In this document: piece by piece, positions 1-11,960 of the stretch
Numbering within the stretch: position 1 is the first letter of the stretch
Layout of the letters: each line of letters starts with the position of its first letter
Assembly: GCF_006345805.1 (NCBI RefSeq)
Contig: NC_043011.1
Span: 58,478,464 to 58,542,463, forward strand
Origin: Octopus sinensis
Lineage: Eukaryota
Length of the DNA stretch: 64,000 nt
Direction: 5' to 3'
The notes under the pieces: model-generated
Told to the model about the DNA's origin: nothing
Database searches by the model: none
The model's input: only the letters and a program-made list of their open reading frames with translations
Program-made: the position numbers and the translations under genes

Positions 1-1170
1 ACCAATGTGCAGCCACTTATATCCGATATGAGCGAATGTTCTTGTCTCATGGTATTTTATAGGTTAGAGGAAGAAAATAGTCGACAAACAAATCAGTGAA
101 AATTTTATAGGAAACCGAATAAAGCTAGTGAAGGATATTCAATGAAGGTTTATAGGATGTTAATTGAGTGTTAATTGATTGGCAGAACTATATTATGCAT
201 AATATAAAAAAAACAGAAACAAATAACTAAAAATCCAATACAAAAAAATTAGCAACAATAATAACAATTATAACGTTCAAAAATAAAGAATAACTGATAA
301 CAATCTCACAGCTCTCAACGGCACCGCCATTAACACCGCCATAGCACTGTCATCATCATCATCATCATCATAAACAAGATTGCTACTAGACGTATCAACA
401 ATATTCATAATAATAATCATATTAAGAATAGGAAATTGGGAATGACTGAGTTGAAAGCTTCCCTTTGGGTCAACTGACCTCAATGTGACATCTGTAATTA
501 ATTTTATAAGAGCAATCAGCTGCACTCAATGTCAGTAATGATGCATATTAGCAAATAGCTTTTTTTTATCGCAATGCAAACTATTAGGAACTGTTTGTCT
601 TGTCAATATAATGAGAGTCTATTGCTTCAGGATAAGGAGACAGACATAGAGAAAGAGAGAGGGAGAGAGAGGGGGAGAGAAAGAGGGGGAAGAGTAAATC
701 AGTGTGAAGAGGACAAAGGAGACATTTAAGCAAGATATTTCTGATTCAAAACAGAGGTGCTTACACTTAAACCATAATATTTCCTGACTAATCTAAACCT
801 TTTCATAGTTCTTAACATCCTGATAAATTGTTTCAATATTAAGACACATACACATATATTAATATATACATACATACAAACATACATACATGTGTATATA
901 GATATTCTAGATATGTAAATATATACATTAATATACACATACATATATATATACATACATACATACATACGAACATACATACATATGGCATATGTAACGC
1001 ACTGCCTGAATATTAATTTTGAGAAATTATGCTTCTCAAAACCAGAAAGAAGAAAGCTGATTCGAAGACTACAGATCCAATCCATCACTGTAGAAACAAC
1101 TAAGTGAATGCGAGCAACATAATGTTGTGTGATGAGTATTTGGAGCTTCAAATCCTGATGGGTGACCTCA

Positions 1171-1218
1171 CAGAAGTTTAACATCACCAGAAGTTTAACA
1201 TCACCAGAAGTTTAACAT
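1171..1218. repeat. 17-bp tandem repeat (CAGAAGTTTAACATCAC) x~2.8
   Basis: Units start at 1171, 1188 and 1205; read directly. Confidence 0.9.
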
Positions 1219-1765
1219 TTAAATATATATAAGTGTTTCTAGATATGCAAATATGTGCATGAGAATGTATACATAAAGCAGAACAAAGTTGGAAATAAAT
1301 AGAGCGAAAACAAGGGAACACTTGTAGATATATAAATAAATAGAGTTATAGAGCGTGGCGGAACGAGAGGGAGAGAAAGAGAAATACATAAAAGCATTCC
1401 GAAAGTGAATTAGTGATTAGTGATATATTAGAAAGGTCTTCTTAGCTTCCATTACGGGTTTGTAAACCTTATAAGAATAATGCTCTATTAAAAACAAATT
1501 CCACCCAGCTGAAATATCTGAAATAAACAGTATTTTCACATTTTTTAGCAGTTCTTCTGTTTGAAATAAAAGAAAAGTACTGGACAATATAGAACAAGAC
1601 CATTTTGCCAGAGTTCAGATTCTATCATTGGGTTTGGAAATCAAGGTGATTTGAAATCATTTCGGTCAGTTTGTGTTGTTACTATACTTCATGCTTTGCA
1701 ACAAACCAATACAGAGAAACACACACACACACACATACACACACACACACAAACACACACACACA

Positions 1766-1980
1766 TTGCTTCACTGACCACAAAGGGCTAAACATAGAGG
1801 GACAAACAAAGATAGACAAAGGGATATTAAGTCGATTACATCGACCCCAGTGCGAAACTATTACATTATTTATCGACCCCGAAAGGATGAAAAGTAATGT
1901 CCACCTCGGCAAAATTTGAACTCAGAACGTGACGACAGACGAAATACCGGCTCGTTAATATTTCTGCCAGCTCGCCGCCT
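1766..1980 (-). mobile_element. tRNA-derived SINE family A (tail type A1), internally deleted copy
   Basis: Minus strand begins AGGCGGCGAGCTGGCAGAA (A-box-like), has a GAGTTCAAATT B-box and a CTTTTCATCCTTTCGGGGTCGATAAAT core; homologous to 2964-3187 and 28464-28685. Confidence 0.85.
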
Positions 1981-2044
1981 TACAGCACGCCGCCTTACAG
2001 CACGCCGCCTTACAGCACGCCGCCTTACAGCACGCCGCCTTACA
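1973..2044. repeat. 15-bp minisatellite (CGCCGCCTTACAGCA) x~4.8 at the SINE 5' terminus
   Basis: Units start at 1973, 1988, 2003, 2018 and 2033; the first overlaps the SINE end GCTCGCCGCCT. Confidence 0.9.
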
Positions 2045-2063
2045 CACACACATACATACACAC

Positions 2064-2128
<65 letters not shown>

Positions 2129-2963
2129 TATATATACACACATGCATATATATGTATGGTCCAAGATTATGTTGATGATAATTTTCTTACACCAATTCAA
2201 AGAAACCACGGTTACCATCACAGGTTGCTGCAACACTTCCGGAATCGGAAATATTGACAACCTGCAATCAGATGGTCATCATGAATTTTGGACACAATAC
2301 TGCTTATTGCACACTTGAGTATCTGTGTTCGGGTGCGTTGTCCGTGTGTGACTCTTAGGAGAGATAAATAAATAAAGTTGCGTATAGCGTAATAAGTCAT
2401 TCAAATCGAACGTTCTTCCAGAAGGTGATGACCCATGATTTCGTTTTAGATAGAAAACAAGTTGAGGTGATACAGAAAATCTCTTTATCTTTACAATGTC
2501 GATGATGTGAAAACGAAAGAAGAATTGTTCTATATATAACCCATGGCTACCAGTTTTTCAAAGGAGGAGAAAATCGACTATTTTGCCCCAACATTTCACT
2601 GGTACTTATTTTGTATACTTCAAGGCAAAGTTGACCTCGACTGAATTTGGGATCGGATCCTTCAGACAGAGGAAACAGTAGTAAGAGTGTTGTACGTCGT
2701 GCTAACCATTCCTGCCATCTTGTCGCCTCGTTGAAGTGAGACGAGAATACCAGCATCACCTGCCAGAATGACGTCACCAGCGATATCAGAACGTAAGTTA
2801 ATCGGACATTTACGAAATATTAACCTAAAGAACGCTATGAATTACAATCAATGATCATTCACAGAAAAGTTATCGCTGTAAACTGGTACTTATATTGTCA
2901 ATGATAGACGGACTTCTAACAAAAGTTGTTCGCGGTGGATTTGAACTCAGATTGTCATTTACC

Positions 2964-3187
2964 TATTTGTTTACTACCCACAAGGGGCTAAATACAGAGA
3001 TGACAGACAAGGACAGACAAACGGATTAAGTCGACTATATCAACATCAGTACGTAAATGGTACTTAATTTATCGACCCCGAAAGGCAAAGTCGACCCCGG
3101 CGGAATTTGAACTTAGAACGTAACGGCAGATGAAATACCGCTAAGCATTTCGCCCGGCGTACTAACGATTCTTCCGGCTCGCCGCCT
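2964..3187 (-). mobile_element. tRNA-derived SINE family A (tail A1), full length with 17-bp TSD
   Basis: A/B-box head, central GCCTTTCGGGGTCGATAAATTAAGTACCA core; flanked by TCAGATTGTCA(T/A)TTACC at 2947-2963 and 3188-3204. Confidence 0.9.
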
Positions 3188-3989
3188 TCAGATTGTCAAT
3201 TACCGTTGGCTATTTTGTCCGATTCTTCTAGCCTGTCAAATTAGTGCGTAATCATGTATGAATTGGAAAAGATGTATTTTAAATAAGGATTGAAAAATAT
3301 TCCTTTCAGTAATCTCGGTGCAGTTTCAAAGAATAATCCCTCACAGATGTTCGCATTTGCAGAGTTTCACACAATTATCATTATTAAGAGCAGAGAGGTT
3401 GGGGTTCAAATTACACAAAGGTACCAGTTGTTATTGTTGTTGCTTATGCTGCTGCTGCTGCCGTTGTTGTTGTTGCTTAAAATAAAAGTGTGTTGGTATT
3501 GTAGCAAAATCCGAATTTGTCTTCCTTTCTGAAAATGTAATTGCTTTCGAATTTTTAATATAATAACAGATTGTTATTACTATAATTAATATCTTTAACA
3601 AGATGAAATTGATAATTGAGTTAAATACACGTATTAATTACGATATCAAAATATGGTTGGTGATGATAATTGTGATTTTGATCCTGAAGATAATAATGAC
3701 ACTGAATATAAACGATGAGGAGGAGAAGAGGAGGAGGATAACGATGATGATGATAACGATGATGATGTTGTCAACATTGATATAATGTTGAGTGACTCTG
3801 GTATTTGAGTTGAAATCTTTTTGCGAGTAGAAAGATATGTCTATATTGAAATCCTACCTGCAGAATGCTCTATTCCATATGATCTATATTATGTGGTATT
3901 GCCCGCGTTTCTCATACAGTTGATTCCACAAGCCCCTTTGACCCATGAATAGTTAAGAAGGAAGGTGAAAAGATAGATAGATAGATACA

Positions 3990-4191
3990 ATCCTGTTAAG
4001 TACGAAATGTCTATACAAAATGAAGACAGTAGAAGTGTTGCAAAAGTGTTGCCTCTTTGGCACGGCTAGAATAACAAGGGAAGTATAAGATAGCTGAAAA
4101 GAATGAATAGCGTCGTACTCTAGGCTGCCAGTAGTAAGCCGCTACGCATGCAAGATTCCAGGAGTTCCAGTAAGCCCTGTGATAAAGAGAA

Positions 4192-4192
<1 letters not shown>
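3990..4192 (+). mobile_element. 3' end of an R4/Dong-like non-LTR retrotransposon (family 1), followed by (AAT)n
   Basis: Frame 3990-4088 reads ILLSTKCLYKMKTVEVLQKCCLFGTARITREV*, resembling the RLE-element C-terminus (LQK.ALLGTA.ILR); ~100-bp 3' UTR then (AAT)n. Confidence 0.6.
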
Positions 4193-4232
<40 letters not shown>

Positions 4233-4235
4233 TGA

Positions 4236-4525
4236 TGGAAATAGAGGTAACTCGAATGTGGAATCTAAAAACAGAAACAATTCCTATCATAGTAGGCGCA
4301 TAGGCATAATAAAAAAATATACAGACAAATACATAACAAAAACACCAGGACTTACAAACACATATAACATACAGAAAATTGCACTACTAGGCACTGCACA
4401 CATCCTACGCAGAACACTTTCCATACAATAACCATCAGAGCATCACAGCAAATCACAGCACATACCCAAGGCACACAGAGCTGCGCTCGGTAGTGAAGTG
4501 AAAGCACGCTATAAAAATAAAACTA

Positions 4526-4528
<3 letters not shown>
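4236..4528 (+). mobile_element. 5'-truncated R4/Dong-like element (family 2), short copy
   Basis: Near-identical to 4961-5255; 1-nt deletion at GTAGGCGCATAGG breaks the frame; (AAT)n on both sides. Confidence 0.9.
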
Positions 4529-4584
<56 letters not shown>

Positions 4585-4628
4585 TGATAATAATAATATT
4601 AATAATAATAATAATAATAATAATAATG

Positions 4629-4662
<34 letters not shown>

Positions 4663-4666
4663 TAAT

Positions 4667-5252
4667 ATTCACAGACATGACAGAGTTGGAACCTACATAC
4701 ACTGGAAGCTATGCCAACATTATGGAATAACAACAGAAAAAAGATGGTATAGGCACACACCAGAAAAGGTTACAGAAAACGAGAAAGCAACCATACTCTG
4801 GGATATGCCGATACACACAGATAGAGAAATTAAGGCCAACAGACCAGATATAGTTGTCAGAGATCATGAAGAAAAAAAATGCTTTCTAATTGATGTATCA
4901 ATACCGGCAGATGACAACGTGTCTCTAAAAGAAATGGAGAAACTCTCAAAATACAAAGACCTGGAAATAGAGGTAACTAGAATGTGGAATCTGAAAACAG
5001 AAACAATTCCTATCATAGTAGGTGCATTAGGCATGATAAAAAAATATTCAGACAAATACATAACAAAAACACCAGGACTTACAAACACATATATCATACA
5101 GAAAATTGCACTACTAGGCACTGCACACATCCTACGCAGAGCATTTTCCATACAATAACCATCAGAGCATCACAACAAATCACAGCACATACCCAAGGCA
5201 CACAGAGCTGCGCTCGGTAGGGAAGTGAAAGCACGCTATAAAAATAAACCTA

Positions 5253-5255
<3 letters not shown>
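4667..5255 (+). mobile_element. 5'-truncated R4/Dong-like non-LTR retrotransposon (family 2), restriction-like endonuclease domain
   Basis: Open frame 4667-5158: IHRHDRVGTYIHWKLC (RHD motif) ... RPDIVV...CFLIDVSIP...EKLSKYKDL (PD-(D/E)xK RLE) ... IQKIALLGTAHILRR; embedded in (AAT)n. Confidence 0.92.
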
Positions 5256-5304
<49 letters not shown>

Positions 5305-5307
<3 letters not shown>

Positions 5308-5861
5308 GCCCTGATGCTGTACCAGGCAGTGGCTCTCATGGCTTCTGATCTTAACTGATTGGAAGTGTTATCATGTACATTGTTTTGTCTTGGTATAAAA
5401 GATGGGCTACAGCAAATATTCTGCTCAATACCACAGATTTGCTTGTCAGTTGTTTGACCATAACCAGTTGAGCATGTCCCTTAGTGGCTGACGATATGTG
5501 CATCTCTGATCACGAGCAGAAGTAGTGGGGGAGCATCATAGCCATGTGTTGAGAAGGATTCTTTGGGGTTTGAATAATTCACCTCTGGAAACATGGGTGT
5601 TTCGTTCAACGTCCTTAAACAACCCTTATTCAGGGACCTTTTGAGCGGGATGGGTTACTCGATCTGAAGAAAATTCTAACTGGGCTCCACCTGCAAGGTC
5701 ATGTGCTGTTTATCTTGATATGAGATCACCATGTCGCGCACATATGGTTGTGATGCATGTGCCTGGTGTACCCTTATCAGACGGGTAGTCATGATGGGTA
5801 TACTGGGCTTCGTATATTTTACCCCAGTGTCACTTTGATGGCATGCACTGCTCTCTGACTC
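5305..5861 (+). mobile_element. ~560-bp non-coding interspersed element bounded by (AAT)n
   Basis: No ORF; a degenerate copy of its left end at 5911-5980 and of its right end (inverted) at 58970-59043 show it is repetitive. Confidence 0.7.
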
Positions 5862-5910
<49 letters not shown>

Positions 5911-6531
5911 GCATGATGTATTACCAGGCACTGGCTATCATGGCTTTTGATCTTAACTGATTAAAATTGTTATCATACGTAATTCAGTAAAAGTATTTGT
6001 TGAGCTCAGAAAACAGAAATTTGCCCATGGAAATTGAAATAATGTAGTATCTGAAGGCAATTATAATTTTTTGCGAATGATCCCTGGTTTTCAATCCATG
6101 CAATAAGTGGAAACTATTGTTTGAACTGGTAGGACACTCGTAATGAGAAGGGCATTCTTGCTGTTAAAACAATTACCATTTATGTAAATATCTTTTGTAC
6201 ATAACGTTATTTGTCTTTGTAAATGATGGACTTTGTATGAGTATTGTAGTGGATTATCAACGTATATAGCCAGTTTCATTGCCTCAGGTATTGGGAAGTT
6301 TCTCGGCAAAATTGGAAAATAATCCAAAAAGAAATAAAACTCATAATTAGCTTCTGACCTCAGAACGTATTACTTTATTTCATCGATACCACGTCAGGTT
6401 TTGAACTCAAAAAGAATTACCAAAAATATTTTTTTCATGTTCTAATGATTTTTCCAGCTCGTCTCTCTTCCCCTAATAGGAATAATGAGACGTATGACGA
6501 ATTTACAATATCTCGTTATTTAACATATTAA

Positions 6532-6928
6532 TCTTTATATATAAAAGAGAAGTTGTGTGTTTGTCTCCTACGATTTAGATTCCTAACTACTCCCACATTT
6601 TGCGGTGCAGTTTAACCAAAAGCGGGTATCGTATAGTCGTGATTCATATCGAGCCCTTCTGGGTCTTAGCGCGCGTCTACGATGAGTCTACGATTTAAAA
6701 AAAAATTACCACAATGTTTTTCCATTTTAATGCATTTTTTCGCTATTATATAAGGGACGTAACTCTCTAAAAATGTCTACGATGAGTCAACGATATAATA
6801 AAAAATTACCATAATTTTTTTTCCATTTTTAATGCATTTGTTTGCTATTTTTTTGGCTATAACTCTCTAAAAATGCTTATATAGTTATTTCCCTTACAAA
6901 CCCGAGCCACGCCGGGCGATACTGCTAG
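6532..6928 (+). mobile_element. Non-autonomous Helitron with an internal ~100-bp tandem duplication
   Basis: A|TC 5' end (TCTTTATATATAAAAG), 3' hairpin CCCGAGCCACGCCGGG, CTAG|T end; homologous to 23962-24259. Confidence 0.85.
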
Positions 6929-9739
6929 TTAATAATATACAAAACTTTCTTTTTATTTATAAGTACTAATAAAAGGTATCAATTTAAATATAATGAATTG
7001 TGCTTGTATTCTGGGAATGTATATCTGTTTGCATGAGTGCCTGTGTTTTCTGTATGTATGTGTGTGTATGTGTGTGTGTATGTGTGTCTATCAGAGCGAT
7101 GAGTTAGCATGAGATTTTAATATTCCACTCAAATTATTTCATATCAATCATCAATTGAACAACTAAACACAGCATATGTTCTTACATGCTTGTTTTTTTG
7201 TTTTTGTTTTCTGAGCTCTTAATGGACATCACTGCATTGCAATCTTGAAATATTTAGAATTGCTGTTGTTAATTACAAAATTTGAAATCGTTAATTACAA
7301 AATTCCTAAACCAACTAACCGTTTGTCAAAATTCCAGTTTCCTAATGGTTTCTACCGAGGCCATTACTAGAATCAATTATTTAGTCAATGAACACATTGT
7401 TAAATCACTAAACCGAATGATTAAAACTTCACTGGTCAGTGATTCCTCCACGTATCATAGTCAATCCGTTTTCTTTAATAATAATAGTTATTACTAGCAA
7501 GAATTTGGTAATTCCAAATTTTATATATTTCCATATTTTGATGCATAAATTCCTATATATCTTTACAACATTGTTTCTTTATTTTTGAAAACATTTATGA
7601 TAATGAAGCAAACAACGGTTTGAGGTTATTGAACATTCAGAATTTTGATAACTAATAGTATTTCTTTACAAATTCAATAATACCCATCGTTTGTTGCTTG
7701 GCAACGCTTACATATACGGAATTACTCTTCGTTGCCCATTATTCTTCATTGCCTTCAGTTCTTATTACAGGTTTCTGTGAAACTAAAGAATTCTCTACTA
7801 ACTTCACGTGAAATATTTTTGTTTCATTTCTTTTCAGATCCAACTTCTACAAGTAGTACAATCACCACACACCAACTTTAAACGAACTTGAAGTATAAAG
7901 CCCTTGCAACCATCCGCCAGCGGGATGGTGTCCATATTGGTGCTTTCAAATCAAAAATAAATTCAGTAAAATAAAAGAAATAGGAAATAGTAATAAAGTA
8001 AGAAAATCACATATAAAAAGTCTCACATCAAATCACTTTATATGCATTTCATTCCACTTGAAGTCTATTAGATCCTTTAAATGCTTCCCAAATATCAGAA
8101 ACAATCATTACAAAATAACGCAAATGATGATTGCACCCTCTAAACTCATTTCATAGAGCGTTCCTCCTTCTTTCTCCTTGAAAATATTTTACACAAAGCA
8201 ATTAGAAATAATCTACTGAATCATAGCAGACATAAAACAGACAATATGGCGGAAACCTTTGGAGAGTGATACTGCTTAACACAAAGATACGCTTCATCCT
8301 CATAGATACGCTTCATCTTCCGTTTCACACTTCCGTATTTTTGCTTTTTCTATAGCTACTATAACGGCCTCGGCCACTTCGAGTGAACTAGTCTCATATA
8401 AGACACTTCTGTTCTTCCACTTCCCAATACCCACGCTTCTCTCTTGCTCTAATGCTGGAGAAGTTTTAATGCATCCAAGCATATTCACTGGACATTGCCA
8501 CATTTGATTATCATTTATTCCGCAGTCTTCAAAAATCATTTGGACGGAAAGCATACGAATTGTGTAGATGAGGTCAGAACAGTGATGGAAGAGTAGTTTT
8601 CGTCTGGTAGGCCTTGCAAGCTTACCAGATAGATGAAAGACCATTGTAGAAAATGAAGGCGAGTATACTTTAGTTTAAAATAGAACTCTGTTTATCTTAA
8701 TTTTGAAAAAATAAAACGAGGCATAATAACTGCATTATGTATGGGCTGATGCAATATGTAGCTGACACTACCCGTAAACCTAGATTTTTTCGTCTCCGTT
8801 TGACTTCAGCCCTTCTTTCTTCTTGTCTGTGAGTTAGTTATTTAGTACAGAAAGTACATCAAATATAAAAATGCACGCCTCAGTACAACGCAGAATGCAT
8901 TTGTCCTTTGACAAATATCAAAGAGCATTAACATTTATTCCAAAATGTTATTGAAACAAACATCGTTGCCGTAAAGATAATTTATGACATAATTGCAAAG
9001 CCCTGCCAAAATAAACGCAGCGGGTGAAAAGCGACAATACTTCAAGATTAGCATAAGACATTGCATAAGGTTTATAGTTGCATGATAAAGCTTCAAGTAT
9101 ACACACTAGCATGATAGTGACATTTTCAAAGTTGGAAAATAGGTATGTATTTCCAGCTTTGTCGATCGTTTAATTAAGAGAGTGTGACTGTTGGGTTGGT
9201 TGTCATCTGCGGCCACTGAACATTATAGAACGCATCGCATATGTTAGATAACTTTTCTGCTGACGGCTCGAATATATATCCTGATGCCCTGTCTCACACG
9301 GGGGCGGCTCAAACAGTTAACTCAATTTCTAACAGTGATATCGTAATTAAATTGTAATTATTGTACAAAAAGATACGTATAGTCCTGTACCGATGTTGAT
9401 TTAAAGACAAAAGGAATCAATTTTCTGAACCAATGAACTCATTCAATAATTACAACGGAGAGTATTGACTAATGTTCTACCCTGCTGTAACGAAAATATG
9501 CAATGAAACAAGCTTTCTATACAGGAAGGCATTGCACGCACATATTTGCGCCCGTGCGCGTCACACACATATATAATTTGATTTATGTATATGTGTATAA
9601 ATTGTATCTAGGTACAGGAGATTGATAGGCAGATTTATATGTATGTGCCCGTGAGCGTTTGTGACTAAATGTGCATAAATCTATACACTCGTGCAGTCTA
9701 TAATTCTGTACATCGCATGAATAAGTATTGCCAATTAAA

Positions 9740-9794
<55 letters not shown>

Positions 9795-10412
9795 CACATA
9801 CGGACACACATACATACAAACGTTTATGTTCGTGTGTGTGTTTATATACTTACGTTAGGCACTTGTATGTCTCTTTTAAGTGTACGTGTGTACGCATGCG
9901 TGTATTTGTGCGAGTGTGTGTGCGCATGTGTGTCTGCCTCAGCGTGTGTTCCGTTTACATGATCAAAATTTCGTGTCTATGAACTGCTGCAAACGATGTA
10001 AAGCGTGTATGTAACAAACCGGACATTATAATGACACAAATTAACAAATGAACGGATATCGAATTCAGATAATTAGAGTAAGAGTTTAAATTAAATGAAA
10101 AAATTGACATACTTCGTTTTAGATGAAAGAGACCAACTACACTAATGAAGGAGATAATTAGAAAAAAAGCTTGATGAGGAGAATTTAACAAGGACTGCCA
10201 TGTTTTTCTATTACATATTTAGTCTTGTTTCATACTGGAAAGTTTATAAAATGTATATTTGATAAAATGTCCCCTCGGTATTTTACTGGTATACAGCTTA
10301 TTGAACTATAGTGAAAATTTGAATTCATGCTAGTGTGTAATGATTCTGATATTCGTCACATTGTGAAATAGACGTGGACATCTGTAATGGAGAATAAGTA
10401 TAAATCTGATAA

Positions 10413-10673
10413 TATGGTGTCAGCTTAAGGTAATGGACCTATAAAAAGGGGAGAACGCTAGCATTATTTAGCCCTAGGAAACACCGTTTCCTGTTCGACT
10501 CGACACATTTCCTGTGCCCTTATATTTAGAAAGTGGAGATAAGCACCTCCACCCTTTGAAAACATAAGGACATAGGTAATGTGTCAGGTCCAACAGGAAA
10601 CAGTGTTTCCTAGGGCTAAATAACAGTAGCATTCTTCCCTTTCATGGGACTGTCACATTAAGCTGACAACATA
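10413..10673. mobile_element. Fold-back/MITE-like imperfect palindrome
   Basis: TATGGTGTCAGCTTAA...TTAAGCTGACAACATA and TTATTTAGCCCTAGGAAACAC...GTGTTTCCTAGGGCTAAATAA arms; the right arm recurs at ~26690-26847. Confidence 0.7.
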
Positions 10674-10841
10674 CTACCACTTTATCGTTCTCCTACTGCA
10701 TAAATCTCTCTGAGAGATATAGAAATATATTATTTCTAAGTGTAAATCAAATTAGAAATTATAATACAGATACCACATCAGGACATCAGCTAAAAGTGCA
10801 GTGTCCTTTTATGAAATTCCATCAAACATTACAATAAACTA

Positions 10842-11209
10842 GTGGAGGCGCAATGGCCCAGTAGCTAGGGCAGTAGGCTCGCGGTCATAAGATTACGATT
10901 TCAATTCCCAGGACGGGCGTTGCGAGTGTTTATTGAGCGAAAGCACTTAAAGCTCTACGAGTGGTTGCGAACCCTGCTATCCTCTTTCACCACAAATGTC
11001 TCTCTCTCTTTCTTTCTGTTTCTTTTGTACCTGTATTTCAAAGGGCTAGTCTTGTCACACGCTGTGTCACGCTGAAACTCCCCGGGAACTACGTTATGGG
11101 TACACGTATCTGTGGAGTGCTCAGCCACTTGCACGTTAATTTCACGAGCAGGCTGATCCGTTGATCGGATCAATTGGAACCCGCGTCGTCGTAATCGACG
11201 GATGGCTAC
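10842..11209 (+). mobile_element. tRNA-derived SINE family B (tail B1)
   Basis: GTGGAGGCGCAATGGCCCAGT A-box head, ATTTCAATTCC degenerate B-box, tail CCACTTGCACGTTAATTTCACGAGCAGGCTG...; homologous to 40668-41039. Confidence 0.85.
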
Positions 11210-11569
11210 AAGGATCCCAGAGACAAGCCTCCGCATTGGTAGTTCCCGTTGACGGTTGCCTAGCATTATTTCGCATATAACACTTTAAATGAGATTAACA
11301 TTACATATCCTGGATTAAAGTCACTCAATTAGGTATGAACATGAGAAGAATCCAAACGCAAGATGTAAATAAATTCCCCACGCATAGAACTGGTAATTAA
11401 AAGGATTCGTTTCTCCCTCGGAAGTTTTTGATAAATGTTCAACGTTAATATTTTGTGTGTCTGTGTGTAAGAGGTCACCTATGTTACATTCTCCTTTTGA
11501 AACTTATTATTTCTGAACAGTTTGCACCTCCTAGAAACCAATTGGTAGGTTACACCTTCCACGAACACA

Positions 11570-11960
11570 CACATACACATCGAAACACATACACACACAT
11601 TATATATATACAAGCATATATGTTTGCATATCTATGTTTGAGTGTGTATATACATATTTATATGCATATATAGATATACATATATAAATATATATATATA
11701 CATATATATACACATATACACATATACATATATATATACATACATATATACATATACACATATACACATATACATATATATATACATATATACATATACA
11801 CATATACACATATACATATATATATATATATATTATATATATATATATATACATATAATATACACACACATGTGTGTATATATATATATGTAAATATATA
11901 TATATATATATGCATATATACATAAATAAATATACATAAACATATTTGTACGCATGTATA
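11570..11960. repeat. Compound (CA)n/(TA)n/(TACA)n microsatellite
   Basis: Read directly. Confidence 0.95.

Noticed and set aside
1973-2044. Short repeat arrays as possible CRISPR (also 1171-1218, 44150-44234)
   Set aside because: Contiguous tandem units with no unique spacers and no cas genes; eukaryotic context.
7835-7910. Possible terminal exon after TTTCTTTTCAG (DPTSTSSTITTPTLNELEV*), and similar acceptor-like sites near 18480, 18875 and 53550
   Set aside because: Polypyrimidine-AG motifs are common by chance; no recognisable protein or consistent exon chain.
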